From IMG/VR virus record IMGVR_UViG_3300009151_005798: a stretch of DNA of 64,000 nucleotides; one strand, written 5' to 3'. Positions 1 through 8,956 of the stretch are shown piece after piece (position 1 is the stretch's first letter; each line of letters begins with the position of its first letter). The translations under genes and the position numbers were made by a program. The notes below the pieces were generated by a model. The model searched no databases, was not told the DNA's origin, and saw only the letters and a program-made list of their open reading frames with translations. This stretch comes from an uncultured virus (IMG/VR IMGVR_UViG_3300009151_005798) (lineage: Duplodnaviria; Heunggongvirae; Uroviricota; Caudoviricetes).

Positions 1-66
1 AATACTATTACAATTAGAACCAGTAGTACTTCAATTACATCTCCTAAAACTGCTGTTGCGAGGTAG
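1..66 (+). CDS. 3' end of an upstream CDS (partial; NTITIRTSSTSITSPKTAVAR*), possibly another curlin-repeat protein
   Basis: Open frame 1 from the window start to TAG at 64-66, 2 nt before the next ATG. Confidence 0.5.
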   Translation, partial: NTITIRTSSTSITSPKTAVAR

Positions 67-68
67 GT

Positions 69-1178
69 ATGGATGTGTTTGCAAAAGCGATTTTATGCTT
101 TGCTATTTTAAATTCTGCTTGTTACGCAGGACCCACCATTGGCACCGTCAGTGAAAATAAAGGCCTGGCCTGTGAGATCCTAAGAGGCAAAACTAAACTT
201 ACCGGAGTCAAAGGTTCAGATGTAGAGTCTATGGACACATACACCACTGGCGCATGCAGTAGCAATATTGTATTCCGAGACGATACCAAGGTTAAAATCA
301 CTGAAAATTCAAAATTGGTAATTGACGACTTTGTATTTGATCCAAAGAATTCTGACGCAGGCAAACTAAGCATCAAGGCCGCAATGGGTACTATTCGCTA
401 TGCCAGTGGACAAATTGCCAAGGCAAACCCACAACAAGTGGCTGTTCAAACTCCTACTGCAAACATTGCTGTTCGCGGAACAGACTTTACAATGACCGTG
501 GATGAAACTGGACAAAGTCTAATTGTACTGGTTCCAAGTTGTAAAGATGAAAAAGATATCAAACAGTTTGAGCTGGCTGAAAATACCTGCAAGGTTGGGC
601 AAATTGATGTGGTCACAGCAGGCGGCCGTGTCACATTGACCAAGGCATTTGAAGCTACCTTTGTTATCAGTGCAAGTGTTTCGCCAACAGCGCCGGTCAT
701 CATCAATACAGTGGAAAGTAAACTTACCAATATTTTAATTATTTCGCATCCACAAGAAATTGGCAAGGCCATTGGTATTGCCACTGGTAGAAGCAAGCGA
801 GAAGAGCTAGAAGCTGAAATTGAAGCGGATGCACAAAAGCGTCTGGCGCAACGAGTTCGAGAAAATGCTGAACAGATTGAAGAAGCCAGAATTATGATAT
901 TATCAGAATCTGCTGTCAAGGCCGGCTGTAACCCGACCACTTCAGTTTGTGTCGCATGGGACCGGCCTACTGAGTCAGAAGCTGCCAGCAGAGGTCGTGC
1001 CATTGCATTTCGTAACACTGAAAATGAACACTACGCAGAAGTAAAAACTCAAGGCTATAGTTCGAATACATTTGTAACAATTGTACACAATGATGCCAGC
1101 GCCAGTACTCTAATTGGCAGTGGCGAAGCAGGTGCCACAACTGTTTATATCAAACAGAATGGCGGTATCAAACGATGA
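69..1178 (+). CDS. Secreted FecR-domain protein with a short curlin-like C-terminal tail
   Basis: Signal-peptide-like N-terminus; FecR-type motifs F.DDT.V.I.ENS.L.ID and V.TPTA.IAVRGTDF; C-terminal HYAEVKTQG and TTVYIKQNG. Confidence 0.8.
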   Translation: MDVFAKAILCFAILNSACYAGPTIGTVSENKGLACEILRGKTKLTGVKGSDVESMDTYTTGACSSNIVFRDDTKVKITENSKLVIDDFVFDPKNSDAGKLSIKAAMGTIRYASGQIAKANPQQVAVQTPTANIAVRGTDFTMTVDETGQSLIVLVPSCKDEKDIKQFELAENTCKVGQIDVVTAGGRVTLTKAFEATFVISASVSPTAPVIINTVESKLTNILIISHPQEIGKAIGIATGRSKREELEAEIEADAQKRLAQRVRENAEQIEEARIMILSESAVKAGCNPTTSVCVAWDRPTESEAASRGRAIAFRNTENEHYAEVKTQGYSSNTFVTIVHNDASASTLIGSGEAGATTVYIKQNGGIKR

Positions 1179-2314
1179 AATTTTTAATTGCCATAGCGTT
1201 CCTATTGGCCGGCTTTGGTAGCTGTAGTAAAGTACAGGCCACAGGTTTAGCTGATTTAAAATTTGGCCAGGCGCAAATAGCAGATAGTCAATGGAATGTT
1301 CAAGCATGTACACAAACAGCAACTTGTCAAATCTATAGTACAAACCCAGGCACCGCATATAAGATTCCCTGGACTAGTGGTCAGATACAATGGGCAACAG
1401 GTGACTATATTCAATTCCAACCTTATACAAAAGATGCAAACAATCCTTGGTTGGCTGTACAATTTGATGCCAACGGTGTTGGTAAAACAAACATGGGTAT
1501 AGGACATATTATTAACATGGGTACAGACTTTTTCTTTTTTGTAGGCAGTGATAATAATACTGGACAGTTGTTTAGTATGACCAGTGGATTATCCGGATCT
1601 GCTGGAGTGACCTGGACTGGTACATTGAATCCAACTGATGCTCAGGTTAATGCCTATGCCGCTAACGGATCTACTACTCCACTGGCCGCTGGACAAACTG
1701 CTGGACCCCCTCCATTGTGCTGTGGTGCTTCGGCAACCGCTGTAATAGTTCAAGATACAAACTTTTACAATAGTGTCAACACCTTTATGAATAGAACTAC
1801 AAACGATGCACAAATCTATGTAGAGCAAATTGGCAATAATAATACCATTGTGATTGAGCAGACTGGTACTGCAAACAACCGAATCAGGTATGACGGTAAC
1901 GGCAATAACAACAGCATTTCTACAAATCAAAACTCTACAAATCCATCTGCTTACAATTTTATAGACTTGGGCGTGAATGGGAATGCCAACGCTGTAAACA
2001 TTACACAGCAAAGTACTGGTGGTGTCAAGGGTGTGTTGGCCAGGATCAATGACAACAACAATTCATTGATTGTTCAGCAAAAGGACAGTGGCAACCATTA
2101 TGCTGATGTTGTCCTCAGTGGTGGCAATAAAAATGTGGACATACTACAGGAAGGATCAGCCGGTCATGCCGCCCGGGTTGGTCTTACAGGAATGCCTGTT
2201 GATTTGAGTCTAACACAAAGCGGTAACGGCTTGGCCAATCAATCATACAGTATACAGTTTAACTGTGCCACCGCAGGTGGCTGTCCTAAAATTATCGTCC
2301 AACAGGGCAGATAA
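1175..2314 (+). CDS. Secreted curlin-repeat (CsgA/CsgB-like) protein
   Basis: Signal peptide; C-terminal half is N/Q/G-rich repeats (IYVEQIGNNNTIVIEQTG, NGNANAVNITQQ, NNNSLIVQQ, KNVDILQEG); ATGA overlap with the FecR gene. Confidence 0.7.
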   Translation: MKFLIAIAFLLAGFGSCSKVQATGLADLKFGQAQIADSQWNVQACTQTATCQIYSTNPGTAYKIPWTSGQIQWATGDYIQFQPYTKDANNPWLAVQFDANGVGKTNMGIGHIINMGTDFFFFVGSDNNTGQLFSMTSGLSGSAGVTWTGTLNPTDAQVNAYAANGSTTPLAAGQTAGPPPLCCGASATAVIVQDTNFYNSVNTFMNRTTNDAQIYVEQIGNNNTIVIEQTGTANNRIRYDGNGNNNSISTNQNSTNPSAYNFIDLGVNGNANAVNITQQSTGGVKGVLARINDNNNSLIVQQKDSGNHYADVVLSGGNKNVDILQEGSAGHAARVGLTGMPVDLSLTQSGNGLANQSYSIQFNCATAGGCPKIIVQQGR

Positions 2315-2321
2315 GTAATGA

Positions 2322-3284
2322 ATGAAGAAATTAATACGGATTGAAAGAAATCCAAATCCTCTATTTGTCCATTGGAAGCTGACCGACTTCTGTAATCAAG
2401 CCTGTCACTATTGCCCAAGCTTTTTGCATGATGGGCGATTTGCAAAGGGTATCTTGTCCGGCGCAATGACTGCCACTCAAATTATAAATCTATGTGATCG
2501 CTTGCTTGATCTAACTCAGGATAGATCAGGCATTTTAACCGTCCTGGGAGGGGAGCCAACTGTACATGATATGCTTCCAACTATACTTGAAAAATTAAAC
2601 AATAATTTTGCAATTGAAATTGTAACCAATGGAAGCAGAGGATTAAGTTGGTGGAAACAACTCAAAGCATTACCACACAAGGTTGCTATATCATTACATC
2701 CAGAGTACTATGATGCTACCCAATTTAGAATCAACGAGCTAGTGGATTTTCTATTAGAAAACAATGTAGCTGTATGTTTCAATTTGATGTGTGATACTGC
2801 TAATTGGAATACTGTAATTGATATCTACAATAGTATACGAGATGAATACAAGTGTTTGACCATTCCAACGATAATTACAGATTACCTGAATCAGGGCACA
2901 AGGAAATCAATCAAGTACACTGATGACCAAAATCAATTTATGGCATCGTTATTATCAACGCTAAAGTTAAAACCAGTCAGCGGGCATTCTGTTAATACAG
3001 CAACCTACAATGATGGATCAACTGAAATTGTAAACGATCCAAATCTGATTATAAATTCTAAAAATAATTACTTCAAAGGTTGGTCCTGTAGTGCAGGCAG
3101 GGATAGTATATCCGTTGATTTCAATGGTGCTATTACCGCAGGAATATGCGGAGCAAAACGGTTAGGAAATGCCGCCACTTTCAAATTGAATACCGAAAAT
3201 CTAATCTGTCCCAAAGATGTTTGCGCCTGTACCGGTGATGTGGGTCTGTCAAAGTTTGACTTACACCATGAATCTGTGCTATAA
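2322..3284 (+). CDS. Radical SAM protein with a C-terminal twitch/SPASM-like Cys cluster
   Basis: CNQACHYC (CxxxCxxC), GGEPT, TNG; C-terminal C.AG...C...CPKDVCAC. Confidence 0.85.
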   Translation: MKKLIRIERNPNPLFVHWKLTDFCNQACHYCPSFLHDGRFAKGILSGAMTATQIINLCDRLLDLTQDRSGILTVLGGEPTVHDMLPTILEKLNNNFAIEIVTNGSRGLSWWKQLKALPHKVAISLHPEYYDATQFRINELVDFLLENNVAVCFNLMCDTANWNTVIDIYNSIRDEYKCLTIPTIITDYLNQGTRKSIKYTDDQNQFMASLLSTLKLKPVSGHSVNTATYNDGSTEIVNDPNLIINSKNNYFKGWSCSAGRDSISVDFNGAITAGICGAKRLGNAATFKLNTENLICPKDVCACTGDVGLSKFDLHHESVL

Positions 3285-3285
3285 T
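3256..3285 (+). promoter_or_regulatory. sigma70-type promoter for the adenylate cyclase
   Basis: TTGACT(3256)-18 nt-TATAAT(3280) with extended -10 TG. Confidence 0.6.
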
Positions 3286-3303
3286 ACATACTGAGAGGTG
3301 AAT

Positions 3304-5349
3304 ATGAAAAACATTCTTAAAAATATACCTGGTCCATTAAGTGTGGTTTGGGTCATTATTACAGCCGCATTGTTGATTTTCTTAAAAATTCAAAATCCTG
3401 CGGCAGTTGAAAGTCTACAGTTAAAAGGCTTTGACACACTATTGGCCAGTGATGCAGTAGAGACCAGCAATGAAGTGGTTGTTGTGGACATTGGTGAAGC
3501 CAGTATGGCTCGGCTGGGACAATGGCCATGGGACCGACGAGAAATTGCACAGGCAGTAAATCGCATGCGTGAACTGGGTGCCGCTACTGTTGTTATACCA
3601 ATTCTAATGACTGAAAAAGACAGACTAAATGGGGACAAAGATCTAGCCGAAGCACTGGCCAAGAGTCCCAGTGTTATTGCACAAACTCCAACTACACAAA
3701 ACAAAAAGCCAGATGCTGTTCGACGAGGCGTTGCAGTGATTGGTGGCGATCCTTACATTTGGTTGTTCAATTGGCCAGGCGCATTGAGTCCGCGGCCAGA
3801 ACTGGCGCAAAGTGCTAGAGGTGTTGGTACCACTGTCACTGCTCCTGAAATTGATGGGGTTGTTCGTCGTATGCCATTGGTTGTCACAGTCAACAAGGAA
3901 TACTATCCAAGTCTTCCAATCGAAGCACTTCGTGTGTTTACTGGAGAAAAGAGTTATCAAATGAAGATGACTGATGCTGGCGTAGAGAAAGTTCGCATTG
4001 CCGGACAGCCTGTGGTTTCTACTGATGCACAAGGCCGTGTATGGCTACGCTGGAACCGAGAATTTAAACACTATGAGCTGGGTGACCTGAGTCTTAAAGA
4101 CATAGATCTAAAAGGAAAGATTGTAGTACTGGGTCTAACAGTTGAAGGACTTGGAGGCATTGTTGCTACACCACGCGGAGAGACATGGGCACATAATTTA
4201 CAGGCCACAGCAATACAAACACTCATTGATGGTACAAGTCCAACTCGTCCAGGTTGGGCCACAATGGCTGAGTTGTTGACAATCATTGCTGTTGCGGCCT
4301 TGATCATTTTTGCCATGCCACGAGTACCTGTTTGGTCTGCATTACTTGTGCTGGGCGGCATTGTATATGTGGTAGTCAAAGGTGGCTTGATATTATGGAC
4401 AGAGTACAGTCAGCTATGGGATATCTATTATGTTGTATTTGCCAGTGTCGTATTATACGGGCATGCTCTGTTTGCTAGATTTGTACAAGAGTTTAAGCAG
4501 AAACAACAGATTAAGAAACAGTTTGGCACATACCTATCGCCAGCCTTGGTTGCCAAATTACAGAAAAATCCTGAACTGTTACAGCTGGGTGGAGACGAGC
4601 GTGAACTAAGTATCATGTTCACTGATGTTCGTGGCTTCACCACTATCTCCGAGCATTATGGCAAGGATGTACAAGGTCTAACTCGAATCATGAATCGTTA
4701 CATGACTGCCATGACTGCAAAGATCATTGAGAATAACGGAACACTTGACAAGTACATTGGCGATGCTCAGATGGCATTCTGGAATGCACCGCTTGATGAG
4801 GAACGTCATGCTCACATGGCAGTAAAGACTGCCTTAGAGATGATGGAGAGTTTAGATGCATTTAATGCAGAAGTTACAGCAGAAGGCGTACCAGCTTTTG
4901 GTATGGGCCTTGGGATTAATAGTGCAAGTGTTGTGGTGGGTAATATGGGATCTGATCAGCGTTTTGACTATACTTGTCTGGGCGACGGTGTTAACCTGGC
5001 ATCACGCTTGGAAGGACAGAGTAAGAACTACGGCGTCAGAATTGTACTTGGTCAACGGACTGCGGAGTTGGTTAAGGACACATACCCGGTGGTAGAACTT
5101 GACAACATTGCTGTCAAAGGCAAAACACAAGGCGTTAAGATTTTCACACTGGGCAACACCAATCGCACATTGCACGATATCTATCTAACTGCATACTATC
5201 GCGGCGACTGGGCTCGTGCTATCAAATCATGTGAAAAGTTAATCAAAGAAAACACTGACATTACACATTATTATGAGAATATGTTGGAGCGAATGAAAGA
5301 AGGCCTGCCTGCTGAATGGGACGGCACTTACAGAGCCACAAGCAAATGA
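3304..5349 (+). CDS. CHASE2-domain class III adenylate cyclase
   Basis: N-terminal TM; CHASE2 motifs (VVVDI, GQWPWDR, DGVVRR.PL); three TMs; catalytic FTDVRGFT, DKYIGDA, DYT.LGDGVNLASRLE. Confidence 0.92.
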   Translation: MKNILKNIPGPLSVVWVIITAALLIFLKIQNPAAVESLQLKGFDTLLASDAVETSNEVVVVDIGEASMARLGQWPWDRREIAQAVNRMRELGAATVVIPILMTEKDRLNGDKDLAEALAKSPSVIAQTPTTQNKKPDAVRRGVAVIGGDPYIWLFNWPGALSPRPELAQSARGVGTTVTAPEIDGVVRRMPLVVTVNKEYYPSLPIEALRVFTGEKSYQMKMTDAGVEKVRIAGQPVVSTDAQGRVWLRWNREFKHYELGDLSLKDIDLKGKIVVLGLTVEGLGGIVATPRGETWAHNLQATAIQTLIDGTSPTRPGWATMAELLTIIAVAALIIFAMPRVPVWSALLVLGGIVYVVVKGGLILWTEYSQLWDIYYVVFASVVLYGHALFARFVQEFKQKQQIKKQFGTYLSPALVAKLQKNPELLQLGGDERELSIMFTDVRGFTTISEHYGKDVQGLTRIMNRYMTAMTAKIIENNGTLDKYIGDAQMAFWNAPLDEERHAHMAVKTALEMMESLDAFNAEVTAEGVPAFGMGLGINSASVVVGNMGSDQRFDYTCLGDGVNLASRLEGQSKNYGVRIVLGQRTAELVKDTYPVVELDNIAVKGKTQGVKIFTLGNTNRTLHDIYLTAYYRGDWARAIKSCEKLIKENTDITHYYENMLERMKEGLPAEWDGTYRATSK

Positions 5350-6050
5350 CACAGCAATTGGTCTACGACTTCTCACAACCGCCTACTAGGAATCCGGACT
5401 ATTTCTTTCCGTTGAGTTTGAAATTGGATCCTGAGGAAAAGGCCAATTTTATCAATACTGCAATGGTTCAGCATAGTGCTAAATTTAAAGGTACAGGAAT
5501 TGGATTGAGCAATGTTGGCAATGCTGATGATTTTTTTCCAAAGACAATTGCTCAAACAAATGAGTTTGTTAAACCATTGAAACTTAAAGTTCGCAAGGTT
5601 ACTTTATTTTTAAGCGACGGAAGTCAGACCAGTTGGGTAATACATTGCGATGGAGTGCGATATAAGAAGCGGCCTGTAATATTGGAAGCTCGGCTGAGTT
5701 ACTATGAAATTGCCGAAGAGCCCGGTGCAATACGATGGTGGAACAATCTAGCAACTACACTAAAGGTACACCCTGCAAATGAGTATTCTCAAGAAAGAAT
5801 CAACTGTCAGGCTGATGTGGCTGATCTATTGCGCGAAGATAAAATTACTTGGGATAAAATTCCGCAGCCTGCATTTAGCGTAGTAACTTCTGCGCCCAGC
5901 GCCATACTTAGAACCAACAGGCCGCATCATGTGATACAAGGACCAGGACTACGAGTAACCATCAGCTGTCAATTAGTACATGACTCTGATGAAGACCCGT
6001 TTGGTGTCTGGGAACATATACAAAGAAACATACACCTGTTAGGTGCGTAA
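5346..6050 (+). CDS. Hypothetical protein, possible cupin/2OG-Fe(II) oxygenase fold
   Basis: ATGA overlap with the cyclase stop; IHCDG and a distal RPHHV resemble an HxD...H triad. Confidence 0.45.
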   Translation: MTQQLVYDFSQPPTRNPDYFFPLSLKLDPEEKANFINTAMVQHSAKFKGTGIGLSNVGNADDFFPKTIAQTNEFVKPLKLKVRKVTLFLSDGSQTSWVIHCDGVRYKKRPVILEARLSYYEIAEEPGAIRWWNNLATTLKVHPANEYSQERINCQADVADLLREDKITWDKIPQPAFSVVTSAPSAILRTNRPHHVIQGPGLRVTISCQLVHDSDEDPFGVWEHIQRNIHLLGA

Positions 6051-6743
6051 ATGGGCCAGTCCGAAGAATTTTAGTATTGTAATATACATCCATCCCGCAT
6101 CAAATTCCCACCAACGAAGACTCAGTCTAGGGTTAGCAGGATCCAAATGATGGTTATTATGCAGGCATTCCCCACCAACAACAATATCCCAAGGAACAAT
6201 GTTTCTACTGTGATCTTTAGTTTCGCCATTTCTATATCCCCACCAATGTCCAATGCCGTTAATGACGCCGGCCGCCCAGAAAGGTATCCAGAGCATCTGA
6301 ACACCCCAGATTAACACACCCCACCAGCCAAATATCACTGTGTTGAGCACAAAGAGAATGCCAATGCCAAGTCTACTGTGAGGAGTGTATATGTTGTGCT
6401 CCATCCAATCAGAAGGAGTACCAACACCGTATGTATCAACCATATCTTTATCTTTTGATGCTTCATGGTATAGTCCTGCTCCTCGAAAAAATACCTGTCC
6501 AATTCCATACACATGTGGACTATGCGGGTCACCGTCTTGTTCGGTGAATCTATGATGTTTGCGGTGTACAGCTACCCATTGCTTGGTGACCATGCCTGTG
6601 GTCAACCATAATATGGCTCGCATGAAATGTGCTACCGCAGGATTGAATGTGACTGATCTATGTGCTTGACTGCGGTGAAGATATAGTGTTACACAGGCTA
6701 TGGTGATGTGTGTCATCACCAGTGTATATATTAGTGCTGTCAT
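6039..6743 (-). CDS. Membrane acyl desaturase (delta-9/DesA-like)
   Basis: His boxes HRSQAH, HRKHH, HNNHH; GDPHSP; WWEFD.GW. Confidence 0.9.
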   Translation of the reverse strand: MTALIYTLVMTHITIACVTLYLHRSQAHRSVTFNPAVAHFMRAILWLTTGMVTKQWVAVHRKHHRFTEQDGDPHSPHVYGIGQVFFRGAGLYHEASKDKDMVDTYGVGTPSDWMEHNIYTPHSRLGIGILFVLNTVIFGWWGVLIWGVQMLWIPFWAAGVINGIGHWWGYRNGETKDHSRNIVPWDIVVGGECLHNNHHLDPANPRLSLRWWEFDAGWMYITILKFFGLAHLRT

Positions 6744-7054
6744 TAATCTTTGACCGCTTCTTTGAATTTCTTTTCTGCTTCAAGGTCAACTTTATGTGCT
6801 TCCATTACACGATCACCTTCAATGATTTTGCCACGCAGGTGCAGGGTTGTGTTGACCTTTTGAGTTAGTCTAATTAAATCATTGTCCAGCATACGCACAC
6901 GATCTATTAGCGCAATTAATGTGGTGTTGGCTTCGCTCAACACTGGTTTAATTTCCGTTGTGGCCCATTGCCACACATAGTAAATTAGATATCCCATGCC
7001 GCCAGCGGCAACTATAGGAAATCCATACTTGTTAATTAATTCTGCTACATCCAT
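6743..7054 (-). CDS. Small single-TM protein (paralog A)
   Basis: GFPIVAAGGMGYLIYYVW TM followed by a coiled segment LIDRVRMLDNDLIRL. Confidence 0.7.
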   Translation of the reverse strand: MDVAELINKYGFPIVAAGGMGYLIYYVWQWATTEIKPVLSEANTTLIALIDRVRMLDNDLIRLTQKVNTTLHLRGKIIEGDRVMEAHKVDLEAEKKFKEAVKD

Positions 7055-7055
7055 T

Positions 7056-7466
7056 TTATACTCCAATTAAATGATCTTCTTCATGATCAACACGGGGGCA
7101 AACATGTGACCATGTCAATAAAAATTCCAGCAATTCTGGTCCTTCTGGAATCCAGAATCTTGTGCGATTTAAATGGGCTTCAAATTGAATCTTGTTGGTT
7201 TTAATCCAACGAATTACTTCAACAAATTCCGCATCTCTTGTATATACTGCAAATTGATATGACTTATCAGAATTATATACAACTTCTCGGGCACCGTCTA
7301 ATACAAAAGCAGTCAATGGATCTACTTTGATCAGGGCTTTCTTGCCATTGCGGTCAACAACTTTCCAGTGGTCGCCTACTTGCCAGCCCAGTTTGTCAGT
7401 GTCTAACTCTGGGTCTGGCAACATGTAGTTTGGGTTTAAATCCCAGTTGTAGTCATAGTACAGCAT
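7056..7466 (-). CDS. Hypothetical protein; C-terminal part resembles the small W...F..L.W family
   Basis: TAATG overlap with the upstream stop; VIRWIKTN...PELLEFLLTWS. Confidence 0.6.
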   Translation of the reverse strand: MLYYDYNWDLNPNYMLPDPELDTDKLGWQVGDHWKVVDRNGKKALIKVDPLTAFVLDGAREVVYNSDKSYQFAVYTRDAEFVEVIRWIKTNKIQFEAHLNRTRFWIPEGPELLEFLLTWSHVCPRVDHEEDHLIGV

Positions 7467-7612
7467 TAGAAACAAAGTCCTATTAGTAAACCAACAATGA
7501 AGGCACCAATTACAGCACCAACCATTTCATTATGTTTCCAAATTGGTTGATTTCTCAAGTAGTCTTGCGTGTCGGCCGGCAAGCTATCAAACCAAGATTC
7601 CCATTTTCCCAT
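7466..7612 (-). CDS. Small membrane protein (MGKWESWF...)
   Basis: ATG 1 nt after the upstream stop; C-terminal hydrophobic helix. Confidence 0.55.
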   Translation of the reverse strand: MGKWESWFDSLPADTQDYLRNQPIWKHNEMVGAVIGAFIVGLLIGLCF

Positions 7613-7613
7613 T

Positions 7614-7895
7614 TTAGTCTCTTCTAGCATCGTTCTTGCCGTCTGCTCTGGCAATACGGTCCACATCAGGACTGAGTCCCAATGCATTTGATACTATTGT
7701 GTCAATACGAATAACATCGTGATTCATTGTCTTAACACGATTGTCTAGCGCACCAATGATGCCCTTTAATCCATTCACACTGGAAGTCACACCGGCTAAG
7801 ATGAACTTGAGTGTTAAAAATACAAAGTAGCCGCCGGCCATTGCCGCGGCAATTGGAAAGCCAACTTCAGCTACTAATTTGAAAAATTCACCCAT
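7614..7895 (-). CDS. Small single-TM protein (paralog B)
   Basis: GFPIAAAMAGGYFVFLTL TM, LDNRVKTMNHDVIRI; AGGGG RBS and a TAAATA box (7921-7926, minus strand) upstream. Confidence 0.7.
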   Translation of the reverse strand: MGEFFKLVAEVGFPIAAAMAGGYFVFLTLKFILAGVTSSVNGLKGIIGALDNRVKTMNHDVIRIDTIVSNALGLSPDVDRIARADGKNDARRD

Positions 7896-7999
7896 CTTGG
7901 TAACCCCTTAATTATATGCATATTTAAAACTCATTATAAAAACATTAACAGCTACGATTATGATAAGTAATATGAGTGACTATAATTATCCAAAACCCA

Positions 8000-8005
8000 T
8001 AAATA
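8000..8005 (+). promoter_or_regulatory. T4-late-like promoter box (TAAATA)
   Basis: CATAAATA 5 nt before ATG 8011, heading the putative virion-protein operon. Confidence 0.55.
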
Positions 8006-8010
8006 CACCT

Positions 8011-8955
8011 ATGAAACTACGAGATATCTTACAAATACACGAAGATGATGGAGGCGGTGCTTCTGCCGGAGCAACCACGTCTGCAGATATCGCAGGTGTG
8101 GCTTATCCGCTGTTTGTTCGTGGACGCACACGCAAAGACAAGCGAAAGAATGCCAGAGCCGCAGTGGGACAGAAATATAACGCAGGACCAGCAGGTGTTG
8201 GTACTGGTGTATATGAAGATGAAGTAGGTGAAGCGCACACATTAAACAGCGACAGCGTTATCTATCGTTTAGATACAGAGCATCCAATGAGTGACACTGA
8301 GGTGGCTGTGTTGGGTGGTGCAGGCCGTTATACCTTGGCCGGACTCAGAGACAAAGCTCGTCGAGAAGCTAAAACACTCAGTGATGATTTAACTTCAGAT
8401 CATGGTGGCAGCTTTCGTGGTGCCGCGCACAATATCAAACAATTGACAAATACATTAAATACCATTGTTGCCGCTTACAATGAATTAAAAAGAATTCGTT
8501 CCAAAGGTGGTCGTGGCAGTAGAGGAATCACAGACGAAGACAAAAACTTTGTTAGAGAATGTTTGACCACATTAGAAAATTACAGTAAAATAGTTGACCG
8601 TGCCATCAAAATCAGCAGTAGGGTTGACGAAGCAATGAAGAACGGTAAAATGCACAGCAATCATGCAGGATCAATTCGCGGCATGTATCATTTAAACACT
8701 GATCCAGCTTATGGTTTTTATCGTTGGGCCATACATGTGGCAGGAAATAAAGGCGGTGATAGTATTTCATTGGGACCTAATGCTGGTCCATTTGCCTATG
8801 CCTACACTGAAGAAGAAGGCGAAATGATTAGAAAAGCAGTCAAAGCTGTTACTGGAAAGAACGCAACTGAAATGACTGGTGGCAAGAGTACCGAGCCAGC
8901 TGACACAAATAAAAAAAGTACAATGCCAACAATAGATTGGAAAAAGGTAAAATAA
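8011..8955 (+). CDS. Putative internal virion/head protein
   Basis: N-terminus MKLRDILQIHE resembles T4 capsid-targeting leaders; internal V-x-E motifs. Confidence 0.5.
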   Translation: MKLRDILQIHEDDGGGASAGATTSADIAGVAYPLFVRGRTRKDKRKNARAAVGQKYNAGPAGVGTGVYEDEVGEAHTLNSDSVIYRLDTEHPMSDTEVAVLGGAGRYTLAGLRDKARREAKTLSDDLTSDHGGSFRGAAHNIKQLTNTLNTIVAAYNELKRIRSKGGRGSRGITDEDKNFVRECLTTLENYSKIVDRAIKISSRVDEAMKNGKMHSNHAGSIRGMYHLNTDPAYGFYRWAIHVAGNKGGDSISLGPNAGPFAYAYTEEEGEMIRKAVKAVTGKNATEMTGGKSTEPADTNKKSTMPTIDWKKVK

Positions 8956-8956
8956 A

